DNA of 63,030 nucleotides. Source: a virus (taxonomy: Duplodnaviria > Caudoviricetes). The notes below the pieces were generated by a model that saw only the letters and a list, made by a program, of their open reading frames with translations, was not told where the DNA came from and made no database searches. Location of the stretch: positions 1-63,030 of the IMG/VR virus record IMGVR_UViG_3300012667_000266. One strand, 5' to 3'. Both the position numbers and the translations under genes were made by a program. The first letter of the stretch is position 1. Each line of letters opens with the position of its first letter. Positions 27,880 through 38,081 of the stretch are shown piece by piece.

Positions 27880-27894
27880 AAACCAAGGACGACT

Positions 27895-30849
27895 ATGGAA
27901 CCGCTTGAGTTTCTAGCGGAGGTTTTGCCGCCACCCGGTAACGGGTACTACTGCGTGGCAGAACTGACCAAGAAGAAGGAGCACGTCTATGTGGAGACGC
28001 TTGAGGAGGCGCAACCCACAATCGACAAATGGAACAAGCTCGGATACGACATCTACTTCGGTCTGGGTACGTTCGGAGAAGCAGGCTCACGCGTAGCCTC
28101 AAATGTCCACATGTGTAAAGTCATCGCTGTGGACGTGGACTGTAACCACCCCAAGGACATCCCCGATGCGGACGGTGTCGTCAAACAGAAGGCATACCCT
28201 TCACCCAAGGCAGCGGCCAACGCTATCGTCAAGTTCTCGGAAGAGTCTGGGCTGGCAGCACTGGGCAGTCCTTGGTTGGTGGCATCAGGCGGCGGGGTAC
28301 ACGCATACTGGCCGCTCAAGGAAGCCGTCTTCATCGAGGAATGGAAGCCTGTGGCCGAAGCGTTCAAGCGCCTGTGCTTTCAGAAGGGCTTGCAGATTGA
28401 CCCAACAGTAACGGGCGATGCGTCACGTGTCTTGCGTGTACCGGCCACTGTGAACAACGGCGTCAAAGGCAAGAACAAGGTGCGCGAACTGACCCACGTC
28501 ACGTTCAAGAACCAAGGCGACGTCTTCGAGCTGGACGACATCCGCGCTGTGCTGGAGCGAGAGCTGGTTGGCACGCCCTACGAGGCGAAGAACCTACCCG
28601 CGCCTAGCCTGAACCTGCCCGGCCAACGCCCATCCCAAGAGCTGTCAGCTACGACGGTCAAGTTGTTTGAGAACAGCGTGACTAAGTTCGGCATCATCTA
28701 CAAGAAGACCAAGGCTGGCGAAGGATGCGAGCAACTGCGCCACTACGTAGAGAACGCATCGGATGACGGCATGGAGCCGCTCTGGCGCGGTCTGTTGAGC
28801 TACGCACAGAAGTGCGAAGACGGCTTGAAAGCTGCGACGTGGTTGAGCGGTTTGCACCCCTACGACACAGATCGTATGAACCAGAAGCTGGCCGAGATCA
28901 AAGGCCCGTACCCTTGCACGAAGATGGACTCGGAGAACCCCGGCGTCTGTGTTGGCTGCAAGCACTGGGGCAAGATCACCAACCCCCTGATTCTCGGACG
29001 TGAGACTGCGGTCGTCACAGAAGAAGTCGTCATCGAGGTTGAGTCAACGCCCGGCCACAAGGAAGATGTCCGACGCCCTGAAGCTCCACGTGGCTACGCC
29101 TACGGCAAACGCGGTGGCGTGTTCATGGAGAAGGAAGACGAAGATGCCGACGGCAACAAGGTGGTCAAGCAGGTGATGCTGCTGCCGTATGACCTGTTCC
29201 CCGTAGACATTCTCAACACCAACGGTGACCACACAATTCACATGCTGGCCCTGCGCCCAACTGGGGTGCAGACAGTAACGCTGCCACAAAAGGCAGTCGT
29301 AACAAAGGACGAGACTATGAAACAACTGGCAAGTCAGAACATCATCGCCTCATTTGGCGGTGGTAACGATGCCAACCTGTTCGGGTACATCCGCGCAGTC
29401 GTGGAGAAAATGTCCACAGAGAAAGCCCCAATCGCTGTTCCAGCAAGCTACGGCTGGCAAGACGACGACAGCTTCGTGTTTGCAGGCGCTGTCTATAAAG
29501 CTGGTCAGGAACCCATCAAGGTTCCAATGGCTGGCCTTGAGAACATCGTCATGAACACGCAGCCTACCGGTACGCTAGAAGCATGGCGCAAGTTCATCAA
29601 CATGCTAGTGGCCAAGAAGATGTGGGATCACCTCGCTGTTATCTTGGCAAGCGCTGGCTCACCGCTGATGCGCTTCACTGGCCTGCATGGTATGACTGTT
29701 CACTGCGCTTCGACCGAGTCAGGTACGGGTAAGACTTTGGCGTTGGACGGCGCAGCTTCTATCTGGGGCCACCCCATCCACTACCGCACGGGCGCTGGCA
29801 CTTCTCCTGTTGCTATGCAACAACGCTTGGGTCTGCTGCACAGCACGCCCCTGATTACCGACGAGATCACATCCAAGAACCGTGAAGGCTTTGAGTGGTT
29901 CCCTTCTTTCCTGCTTAGTATGAGCGAGGGGCGCGGCAAAGAACGTATGGAGTCAGGCTCGAACAAAGAACGCTTGAACCTGTCTACTTGGTCAGCGATG
30001 GCCATCATGTCTTCAAACACACACGCCGTGGACTACATGACTGGCGCACGCAACCACTCCTCAGAAGGTGAACTGCGTCGCTTGATCGAGTACATCATGG
30101 ACGAGAAGCTGTCGTGGACCCCCGACGAGATCGAGATCATCAAGTCCTTGCAAGACAACTACGCGGTGGCCGGTGACGTACTGGTTCGCTTCATGGTCAA
30201 CAACATCAAGGACATCGAGGCTTTGGTCAAGAAGACTGTGCGCCACATGTACGACGAGTACAAGGCTCCCAACGACGAGCGCTTCTGGATGTCTGGCGTA
30301 GGTGCAGCGATTGCCGCTGGCATCATCTTCGGTAAGAACCACGCTGGCATTGCAGAGATCCCCTTGCAGCCAATCATGGACAGCTTTGGTGTTCGCATTG
30401 CCGCGCACCGTCTCGCTATTAGCGGCGGTAAGCGCAAGGCAGAGGACGTCCTCAACGAGTACGTGCAAGAGAACTACGGCCACTTCGTCATCGTCCACTA
30501 CGGCGAGAAGGCTGGTCCACTGGCGCACTTGGGCAACGACGCTGCGGTTGACCGCAACACTACCCGCACGCAGGTGATGGGGCGTATCGAGCACGGTGTG
30601 GCCGCAGGCTACTCGGACTTCTTCATCGAAGAACGCTTGCTCAAGTCTTACTGCTCGCAGCGCAGCTTCGGCTACGCCACCTTGAAGAAGGAACTTGAGG
30701 CGCAGTTCGTGGTGTCGTACCTAGTGCGCAAGGACTTGATGGCCAAGACCAACGGTCCAGCCATGCGTGTGAACGTCATCAAGATCAGCCGCCGTACTGA
30801 TGAGTTTGACGAGGACCGTCTCCGTGCGCTGGCCTTGGAGCAAGGTTAA
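27895..30849 (+). CDS. Primase-helicase (RepB-like primase N-terminus, DUF927/NTPase C-terminus)
   Basis: VDVD, SGGGVHAYW, DASRVLRVP, Cys cluster, YGWQ, SGTGKT, ITDE. Confidence 0.88.
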   Translation: MEPLEFLAEVLPPPGNGYYCVAELTKKKEHVYVETLEEAQPTIDKWNKLGYDIYFGLGTFGEAGSRVASNVHMCKVIAVDVDCNHPKDIPDADGVVKQKAYPSPKAAANAIVKFSEESGLAALGSPWLVASGGGVHAYWPLKEAVFIEEWKPVAEAFKRLCFQKGLQIDPTVTGDASRVLRVPATVNNGVKGKNKVRELTHVTFKNQGDVFELDDIRAVLERELVGTPYEAKNLPAPSLNLPGQRPSQELSATTVKLFENSVTKFGIIYKKTKAGEGCEQLRHYVENASDDGMEPLWRGLLSYAQKCEDGLKAATWLSGLHPYDTDRMNQKLAEIKGPYPCTKMDSENPGVCVGCKHWGKITNPLILGRETAVVTEEVVIEVESTPGHKEDVRRPEAPRGYAYGKRGGVFMEKEDEDADGNKVVKQVMLLPYDLFPVDILNTNGDHTIHMLALRPTGVQTVTLPQKAVVTKDETMKQLASQNIIASFGGGNDANLFGYIRAVVEKMSTEKAPIAVPASYGWQDDDSFVFAGAVYKAGQEPIKVPMAGLENIVMNTQPTGTLEAWRKFINMLVAKKMWDHLAVILASAGSPLMRFTGLHGMTVHCASTESGTGKTLALDGAASIWGHPIHYRTGAGTSPVAMQQRLGLLHSTPLITDEITSKNREGFEWFPSFLLSMSEGRGKERMESGSNKERLNLSTWSAMAIMSSNTHAVDYMTGARNHSSEGELRRLIEYIMDEKLSWTPDEIEIIKSLQDNYAVAGDVLVRFMVNNIKDIEALVKKTVRHMYDEYKAPNDERFWMSGVGAAIAAGIIFGKNHAGIAEIPLQPIMDSFGVRIAAHRLAISGGKRKAEDVLNEYVQENYGHFVIVHYGEKAGPLAHLGNDAAVDRNTTRTQVMGRIEHGVAAGYSDFFIEERLLKSYCSQRSFGYATLKKELEAQFVVSYLVRKDLMAKTNGPAMRVNVIKISRRTDEFDEDRLRALALEQG

Positions 30850-31015
30850 GAACGGGCAGGGGTTCTTTGTCCCCTGCCTAGACACCGAAGCGGTCAAGAA
30901 GAAGGGACTGAGCGAGGCGCTCAGATCCCGTATCTTCAATGCCCAAGCTCAGACCGGAATCTGGCGAGGGCGTATCGGCGTTATTTTTTTCCGAGGGACG
31001 ATTCGGCGGACTTGA
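30800..31015 (+). CDS. Small hypothetical protein, last gene of the + arm
   Basis: WPWSKVKNGQGFFVPCLD...GVIFFR. Confidence 0.6.
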   Translation: MSLTRTVSVRWPWSKVKNGQGFFVPCLDTEAVKKKGLSEALRSRIFNAQAQTGIWRGRIGVIFFRGTIRRT

Positions 31016-34000
31016 TGCGTTGCATGAACTGGGTGGAGAGTTGCTGGCGCACCTCGTCCAGTTTGTCCAAGCGGATGCGCAGCTCGTCAGCGCTAAGGTT
31101 GCCACGGTTACGCAAGGCGTCTTCCTGCTGCTTGAGCTTACCCATGTTGGTCGTGTAGCTGTTGGCCAGAGGGGCCACAGTAACTTCGGCACGGTGCTCG
31201 GCCAAGAAAGATTTAACGTCTTCGACTGTCCCCGTCTTCTTGAGTGCAGCGTAGGACGCAGCCGCTTGCTTGGCTTCGTTGGCCAAACGGTAAACCACGT
31301 CAGCATCCGCACCACCGAACTTGCGCTGGAACATTGAACCAAACACAGGCAGGTCAGAGGCACGGGCTGTGGGCGTATCGGGCTTGCCTTCGCCGCGCAG
31401 CATTTCGTTGGTGGCAGCCGCAACAGCCAACGGCAGGGAGCCGAAGTAGCCACGGGCCAAGTGCTCGATCTGCACAGGTGAGAGGCCGGGAAGCATCTTG
31501 GCCAAAGCCTTGGCAGCTTCCGTTGTGTTCGCTGTGTAGCGGTCTTCTGGCAGCTTGCTCTTCATGGACGCTGACTCAATGTCGTAGCCGTTGAAGAAGT
31601 TCTTGTTGGCCCACACCTCGAACAAAGGCTTAACTGCTTGAGGCGCTGCCATTGAGCTGTAACCGGGCACGGAGCTCAAGAACATGTCGCGCAGTGCAGC
31701 CAACTGCTGCTTGCCGTCGGTCTCTGCTTTCATAGCGTCGGCTGCGGCCACGGCCAAGGAGAAGAACCAGCCGGATTCATACGGCACAGGGATCTTCACA
31801 GGCTCTTCCACACCGGGCAGGTGCAAGAAGAAGTTGCCGTATTTGTCGCGAGGCTTGGCATTCTTGTAGTAGTCGTCATCTTCCATCGCCATCGCGTAGA
31901 TGATGCCCGTACCTGCCAAGAGCATGGCGTTGTTGAAGAACTTGCGCTGAATCTTCAGGCGCTCGTTGAACGGCATGTTGCCGCGCATGGCTTTGGCCAG
32001 CACGTTCAGACCTTGAATCTGCGCGTTAAAGAACGGGATCAGGCGGTTTGCGTACTGGATAGTGGGTGACAGACCGCGGTTGTAGAAGTTCATGGACTCC
32101 ATCACCGCCAGTTCAGCCTCGGTCTCAGACAAGCCGTTGTTGATTGCGTTCTCATACACCAGCGCACGGGTAGCAGAGTCAGCACTCATCGCTGCACGGT
32201 CGGTCATGGCCAACAGCTTGTCAATGGAACTGGCATCCTTGCCGCTGGCCAACTGCAACGCGAAGGCAGACAGATCGTCAGGGTCGCCCGTGAAGATGTT
32301 GCTTTGGACCAAGCCCTTCTTGATGAGTTCAGCGCCTGTCTTGCTTTCGCCGCGCTGCATGGCCACGAACTCTTTCATCGCTTTGCCAGAAGCTGTCAGC
32401 GGGTTGTAGTCCAGACCAGCGGTGAACGATGCGGCCATTGGGTCACGCACCAACTGGCGCAAGATGTATGGAGGCATACGGGTCACGCCCTTGCGGAGCA
32501 AATCGCCGAAGAAGCCGCCGACCTTCAAGAAGCCGGGCAATGTCAGGTGCGTACCTTCAAGGCTGCGAACCACCAGCGCGGACGGGATGCCTTCGAGCGG
32601 TGTGCCCTCAGTCTTAACACGCAACCAGCGCTTGCCGTCGTCCTTGGGGTCCTTTGGGTCAGGCTCTTGGTTAAACGTGATGATGTCGTTACCAGCGGGG
32701 TGCACGCCCTTGTGGATTGGCATGGCGCTAGTCGGCTTACCTTCTTTGCTGACAGGGCCGTGACCTTCGCCAAACGCCTGCATAGAGTAAGCAATTTCTT
32801 TGGCGGCCAAGTTACCCAAGCCCATACGGGTCAGCAACATGGTGTTGCGCATGATCGACTCGTTTAACGGGAGAATCTTGGTCTCGCCGCCTTTGAGTTC
32901 CTGCAAGTACGGCTGATGACGGGCGTCACCAATCGTCAGGGTCTTCTCACCGCCAAGCACCAACTCCGCTGTGCCGTCTTCACGAACGCGGTAGTAAGGG
33001 ACGTAGTCCTCGTCTTTCAACAAGTCTTGCGCCAAGGCTTTAGAAATCTTACCGGTGCTGGCCAAGAACTCAATCATGCCGCGGTTGTATGCGTTGTAGC
33101 GCTCACGTGCTTTGTTGAGTGCAGCTTCCAGCTTAGGGTCGGCTTGCACATCGGCCAAGGCAGCAGCCAGCTTTTCTTCGGTAACGCCAAGAGCGCCCAA
33201 GTCCAGAGCAGACAAGCCTTTGTTCTTGGCGCGGAGTGCTGCCAAGTATGTGGTCAACAAGGCGTAGCGGCCTTGCGAGTTACCCGCAGGGATGTCGGCC
33301 GTAGCTTCAAACACTTCCTTGGCGCTGTCTTTGCCGGAGCTTTCAACGCGGTGCAAACCCTTCTCGTCTGTACGAACGACAGGAGCGCCGGTAGCCAAAG
33401 CAGCCGACACGACGGGCATGTATTGGTCAGACTTCTTCAAGTTGTACATGGCTTGGGTGTACATGTCGTCGTTGCCAAGAGCCTTAGTGCCCAGCTTCAA
33501 CGCTTCGCGCACACCGGCACGCATGTCCACAGTTTCCATCTCAACTTCAAGCGCTGGGTTGTTGCCCTGACGCTCGCGCCAAGTCTTAGGCTGCGCAATG
33601 ATCTGGTCGGCCAGCTTAGTCAACGCGTTCTCGCCGTCGTACTCAGGGCGCTTAGTGCCAAAGATGTTGGCTGCGTCGGCTACGCCTTCGAGCTTGCCGG
33701 ACTGCATGTACAAGCGCTCGATCAAGTTCTGGGCAGCTTGCGTTTGTGTCTGGGCTTTGTTCAGGCCGAGCAGGTGCATGAACGCGTTGTAGATGCGGCG
33801 AAGCATCGTGGCTCCGTACCACTTCTTCTCGCTCATCTTGTCACGCAAGGCAGCGTTGGACTGGACTTCAGACGCAAACTCTTTGACGTCTTCTGCGGCG
33901 TACTCGCCGGTCAGTGTGCCATCTTTCTTGAGCTGGTTGAACATGGCGTTGATCTCGCGCTTGGCGGCCAGTTGGTCAGCGTTGAGCTTCTCTTCTGGGC

Positions 34001-37000
34001 CTTCCAAGGCACGCATCGTGGCAGCGTGGACTGCCTCGTGAATCAAGTTTGCCTCGGTCTCATAGCCGGGGCGAATGCCGATCATGTTCTCTTGAGAGTT
34101 GTAAGCGGCAGGAACCGCGTTGCCTTTGACCGTCAGATCAGGGGAGCTGGAGATTCGGGTACGAGCCACTAGCTTTTGCAGCTTCTTGGCGGTGTCGCGC
34201 AAGAACTCGTGGGGGCTGTCGGTGGCCACTGCTGCCAAGGCATCTAACAAACGGTTGTCGGCAATCGCTTCTTTGGCGTCATCACTCAACATATCTTGCT
34301 GTGCCGATGTGGTCTCGGAAGCTAGGTCGTAGTCAGTTTCTGGCAAGCCTTTGGCCACTGCGTTAGCTGCGCGGCGCAGAGTATTCTCGTCAAAAGCATT
34401 GAGCGGTTTGCCTGCCTTTTGCTTGTCCTTGATGCGGATCAAGTCCTCAGTGCGCTCGGCCAGTGTGTCGCGCTCGTTCTCTTCCTTGGCGATTGGGCCG
34501 ATGCCTTTGCCTTTGAACACAGTGCCCTTGGCCTTAGCTGCCTTGGCTGCTTGCGAACGGGTCAGTGCTTCGCCGGTAGTAGTTGGTGCGTTAGCGCGGG
34601 TAGCGCCTTCTGCTGCCGCAGCCTTGGCTGCTTGCTGGGCCTTGCGTTCTTTGGCAACAGTGCCAGCAACTACAAACGCGGACTTGGGTGCACGTTCTTC
34701 AGTGGTAGCCAGCACGCCTTGGTTGATCTTGTCTTCGATGTAGGCGATCTTGTTGAGGACACCGGCCAGTTGGTTGATGTCGCGACGCATACCAATCCAA
34801 GGACGCACAGGGTCTTTGGAGATGCTGACCAGCTTGTCGGTGTAGGCTTTCTCAGCAGCGGCCAGCTTTGGCTCAATAGCAGAGCGCTGGTCTGCGGACT
34901 TGGCTGCTTTGTACTGGGCCTCAAGGTTGTCGCGCTTGTTTTTAAGATCGTCGGCCGAACGGACGATTGCATCACGGGACTCTTGCTGTGCGTTTTGAAC
35001 GCGCTTGTTCAGCTTTGTCTCGTAGCCACGGAAGCCTGCCAACGAAGCGTTGGGGTTCTCGCGGATGTCGTCCATTTCTTTCTGGCTGAACTTGGGTGCG
35101 TCCATGTCGAACGCCATCTCTTTGGCAACAGCAATAGGGTCGATCGCGGCAAGACGTGCCCAGCGTTGGGCATCCGTCAGCGCATCAAAGCGCTTACCGT
35201 CAAGCGAGTCGGCCATCGCGGTCTCAAGTTGCTTACGCTGTGCGCGGTCAGCTTCGGCACGTTGCTCGGCTTGCTTGAGTTCGGCCATGCCTTCCTCAGC
35301 GCGGCGCTCTGCGGCCACATTAGGAGCGGCAGCTTCACGGGCTTCCTTGCGACCCTTGGCGGCGTAGGGGCTGGTGCGCAAACGCTCGAACTCTTCAGGT
35401 GTGGGCTTCTCTGCGGCCAAGCTCTTGTCGATGGGGAACAAAGACTGTTGGCCAGCGTTATCTTGTGCAACGCCTTCGTACAAACGCACGTACTTTTCCA
35501 ACTCCTGCTGCATGGACAAGGCAGGGGCTTCCATTGCTCGGGTCGATGGGCCGCGCAGTGTAGTGGCGCTCTCTTCGCGAACGCGCTTAGTAACGGGTAC
35601 TTCCTTGGCTTCGCCGGGCACGCCTGTCTTCTGTGCTTCGGTTGGGCGACGGTGCGTCACCTTCATGATGTCCTTCACACCAGCGCGGCTTGGCTCTTGG
35701 GCGAAACCTTCTTGGGGCTGCACAGGGAAGCCTTGGTAGTTCACCTCGCGGCGAGCGGTGGGTTCAGGCATGTAGCCTTCTTCTCCGCTTTCAATCTTGG
35801 CCAGTTGCTGGTCCAGTAGTTCAAAGAAGCTGCCGTTCGACGCAACGTCTTGCTTGGTGTACGAGCCGGGAACCTTGCGGATCTCTTCCAAGTTGGAGTC
35901 GATCTGTGGGAGCACTGACTCGGCACGGCGCAGGAATTCGTAAGCGTCACCACTCAAATCCTTCTGGGCCATTGCACTGGCCAGACGCTGCGACAAGTTG
36001 GCGTAGTCCGATGGGCGCTCAGGCGCATCACGCAGGGTGAACAGACGGAAGCCACCGCCCGGACCTTTCTGGAACTTACGTTCGGCTTCTGGTTTATTCT
36101 CTTCTGCGGTAGGCAACAGCTCTTCGCCGGGCTTAACGCCACGCAAGGCTTGCTCGGTTTGAGCGATAGCAGCGGAGGGGAACTGTGCTTTGGCCACGCC
36201 TTCTGTGCCAAAGCCGGGGAGGCCCATGAGTCCACTATCAACATTCTTCTTTGCAATGCGTTGCAGTGCGTAGGCTTCAGGCGCTATGCGACGTTCGCGT
36301 TCAGCTTCGGTGCGAGCAGCTTCTTCTGCGCGGCGTGCGTCTTCCAACGCGGCCTGCTCTTCGGATTCTGCAAGTTGCGTAGGGATGGCTGGCTGTGGCT
36401 TTGGTGCAGCGGCACGTTGTAGCTTGAGGGCGTCACGCAGCGTAGACAGAACGACGCGGTTCTCTTTGACGGAAAGATTGGGTACAGCCACATTGAACTG
36501 CACCATCTGGCCAGCCATCTTTGGGTCAGCCATCAAGTACTGGACGTAGTCACCAACGCGGTCACCGGGGTCTTTAGCGGCAGTAAGTGCACGCTCATTT
36601 GCCAGATTGATCTGGTTTGCTGCATACTCTTGTACAGGCGCTGCTTTGGGGGCAGGAGTGGCTGTGGCCATCTGTGTGTACGGAGTGCCTTCAGGTGTCT
36701 CTACTTGAGGCTGTGCCGTGGGCGTAACCGATGGTGGCTGTTGGGCCAGCATGGCTTCCATTGGCGTCATCTCAGCGCGAGCTTGCTCGGCTTGTTGCTG
36801 CGCTACAACAGCTTTAAGTTGGCGGTACTCAGGCGTGCGTGACGTGAGCTGCTGGCTCAAGTCCTTGAGCTGTGCTTGCTGCTCTTTGTAGACAGCCTTC
36901 TCTTCAAACGACGCATCTTTGCCAGGCTTTTGCAACTCGGAGCGAACCTTCTTGAACTGGTCGTTCAGGTCGTTGTACTCTTGGACGAATTGTTGCGCGT

Positions 37001-38003
37001 ACTCGGGGGACTGCTTGCGCTCTGCCTCGGCCTGCGCTGCCTGTTGCTGTTGCGCAACAAATTGTTGGCGTGTTTCGGCTTCGGCCTGCTTGCGTTTGTT
37101 TTCTTCCGCGCTACGAGCTTGGCCAATCTCACGGCTGCGTTCGGCGTAGCGGCCGGGGGCGGACAATGTGCCGCCAAGGACTGCGCCACCAATCAAGCTG
37201 TCCCAATATTCGTTACGTGCTTTCTCGTCCGTAAGGTTCAGACCTGCCTGCAAACGCTCGAAGAACTGCTGACCTGCTTCAGTCAAACCTTCTGCGCCTG
37301 CGGCTTTTGCACCGGATGCGGCGTAGTCGCCCATCATCCGCATAGTGCCTTGCTTAGCAATGTCTGCTGCTACTTTTTCAGGCACGTCCTTACCGGCGGC
37401 AGCAAATATGTTGCGGATACCGGGGGCCATCTTGAACGACACCACGTCCAAAGCAGCTTGAGGAATGGCTGCTGCTGCGGCTGAGCCAAGGTTCGTGTCC
37501 TTGAGACTCTTGCCTTCTTCCATCTGACGAGACAGGTTGGAGCCAGTGAACTGCGCCAACGATGCCAGACCCGTAGCGCCAAGAGCGGCAGCACCTGCGG
37601 GGGCCAGCGCACCAGCAGCGATAGGAGCCGCCATGTAAGGCAGCGAACCGCCTAACAGTTCTTTGGTCTTTTGAATTGGGGCTTCAGTCCAGCCTTCTGT
37701 GGTGGGCTTGAATGTCTTGGCGCGGTAGGCTTCGCCTTCTTTGATTGCTTGCTCGGCAGCAGCTTGGTCCATGAGACCGGTACGGCCTGCCAGTGCGGTG
37801 ACATCGCTCTTGAGAGAAGAAGCGCCAGCTTTGAGCGCGGGGATAAAGCCGCCCTTGGGCTGCTCTTGCTCTTTCGGCTGCTCTATCTGGAGACCAAACG
37901 ACGCAGGATACATCTCCTGCGCTCGAATCCATGCCTGTGCCGGGGACTCACCCTCCCGAATGGTTACAGAGTTTCCGTCTGGTAAGGGCAGGTATTTTGG
38001 CAT
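30981..38003 (-). CDS. Large polyvalent / ejected internal virion protein (zincin HExxH plus LPD38-like C-terminus)
   Basis: About 2340 aa from MPKYLPL; LIHEAVHAAT; IPFFNAQIQG...KIPVPYESG near the C-terminus. Confidence 0.75.
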   Translation of the reverse strand: MPKYLPLPDGNSVTIREGESPAQAWIRAQEMYPASFGLQIEQPKEQEQPKGGFIPALKAGASSLKSDVTALAGRTGLMDQAAAEQAIKEGEAYRAKTFKPTTEGWTEAPIQKTKELLGGSLPYMAAPIAAGALAPAGAAALGATGLASLAQFTGSNLSRQMEEGKSLKDTNLGSAAAAAIPQAALDVVSFKMAPGIRNIFAAAGKDVPEKVAADIAKQGTMRMMGDYAASGAKAAGAEGLTEAGQQFFERLQAGLNLTDEKARNEYWDSLIGGAVLGGTLSAPGRYAERSREIGQARSAEENKRKQAEAETRQQFVAQQQQAAQAEAERKQSPEYAQQFVQEYNDLNDQFKKVRSELQKPGKDASFEEKAVYKEQQAQLKDLSQQLTSRTPEYRQLKAVVAQQQAEQARAEMTPMEAMLAQQPPSVTPTAQPQVETPEGTPYTQMATATPAPKAAPVQEYAANQINLANERALTAAKDPGDRVGDYVQYLMADPKMAGQMVQFNVAVPNLSVKENRVVLSTLRDALKLQRAAAPKPQPAIPTQLAESEEQAALEDARRAEEAARTEAERERRIAPEAYALQRIAKKNVDSGLMGLPGFGTEGVAKAQFPSAAIAQTEQALRGVKPGEELLPTAEENKPEAERKFQKGPGGGFRLFTLRDAPERPSDYANLSQRLASAMAQKDLSGDAYEFLRRAESVLPQIDSNLEEIRKVPGSYTKQDVASNGSFFELLDQQLAKIESGEEGYMPEPTARREVNYQGFPVQPQEGFAQEPSRAGVKDIMKVTHRRPTEAQKTGVPGEAKEVPVTKRVREESATTLRGPSTRAMEAPALSMQQELEKYVRLYEGVAQDNAGQQSLFPIDKSLAAEKPTPEEFERLRTSPYAAKGRKEAREAAAPNVAAERRAEEGMAELKQAEQRAEADRAQRKQLETAMADSLDGKRFDALTDAQRWARLAAIDPIAVAKEMAFDMDAPKFSQKEMDDIRENPNASLAGFRGYETKLNKRVQNAQQESRDAIVRSADDLKNKRDNLEAQYKAAKSADQRSAIEPKLAAAEKAYTDKLVSISKDPVRPWIGMRRDINQLAGVLNKIAYIEDKINQGVLATTEERAPKSAFVVAGTVAKERKAQQAAKAAAAEGATRANAPTTTGEALTRSQAAKAAKAKGTVFKGKGIGPIAKEENERDTLAERTEDLIRIKDKQKAGKPLNAFDENTLRRAANAVAKGLPETDYDLASETTSAQQDMLSDDAKEAIADNRLLDALAAVATDSPHEFLRDTAKKLQKLVARTRISSSPDLTVKGNAVPAAYNSQENMIGIRPGYETEANLIHEAVHAATMRALEGPEEKLNADQLAAKREINAMFNQLKKDGTLTGEYAAEDVKEFASEVQSNAALRDKMSEKKWYGATMLRRIYNAFMHLLGLNKAQTQTQAAQNLIERLYMQSGKLEGVADAANIFGTKRPEYDGENALTKLADQIIAQPKTWRERQGNNPALEVEMETVDMRAGVREALKLGTKALGNDDMYTQAMYNLKKSDQYMPVVSAALATGAPVVRTDEKGLHRVESSGKDSAKEVFEATADIPAGNSQGRYALLTTYLAALRAKNKGLSALDLGALGVTEEKLAAALADVQADPKLEAALNKARERYNAYNRGMIEFLASTGKISKALAQDLLKDEDYVPYYRVREDGTAELVLGGEKTLTIGDARHQPYLQELKGGETKILPLNESIMRNTMLLTRMGLGNLAAKEIAYSMQAFGEGHGPVSKEGKPTSAMPIHKGVHPAGNDIITFNQEPDPKDPKDDGKRWLRVKTEGTPLEGIPSALVVRSLEGTHLTLPGFLKVGGFFGDLLRKGVTRMPPYILRQLVRDPMAASFTAGLDYNPLTASGKAMKEFVAMQRGESKTGAELIKKGLVQSNIFTGDPDDLSAFALQLASGKDASSIDKLLAMTDRAAMSADSATRALVYENAINNGLSETEAELAVMESMNFYNRGLSPTIQYANRLIPFFNAQIQGLNVLAKAMRGNMPFNERLKIQRKFFNNAMLLAGTGIIYAMAMEDDDYYKNAKPRDKYGNFFLHLPGVEEPVKIPVPYESGWFFSLAVAAADAMKAETDGKQQLAALRDMFLSSVPGYSSMAAPQAVKPLFEVWANKNFFNGYDIESASMKSKLPEDRYTANTTEAAKALAKMLPGLSPVQIEHLARGYFGSLPLAVAAATNEMLRGEGKPDTPTARASDLPVFGSMFQRKFGGADADVVYRLANEAKQAAASYAALKKTGTVEDVKSFLAEHRAEVTVAPLANSYTTNMGKLKQQEDALRNRGNLSADELRIRLDKLDEVRQQLSTQFMQRIKSAESSLGKK

Positions 38004-38027
38004 GGTGTCTAAATTTTGTCGGCTTAG

Positions 38028-38058
38028 AAAAAACCCCGTCAAGGCCGTCCTGACGGGG
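38028..38058 (-). terminator. Intrinsic terminator upstream of the large polyvalent gene
   Basis: - strand CCCCGTCAGGACGGCCTTGACGGGG followed by TTTTTT. Confidence 0.65.
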
Positions 38059-38081
38059 CGGGTTTCACAGATTTTACTGTG

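Noticed and set aside
32304-35819. Long + strand ORFs (418 aa, 466 aa and others) antisense to the large gene
   Set aside because: These are shadow frames caused by codon bias of the - strand gene, with no RBS or motifs. The same applies to most antisense ORFs in the track.
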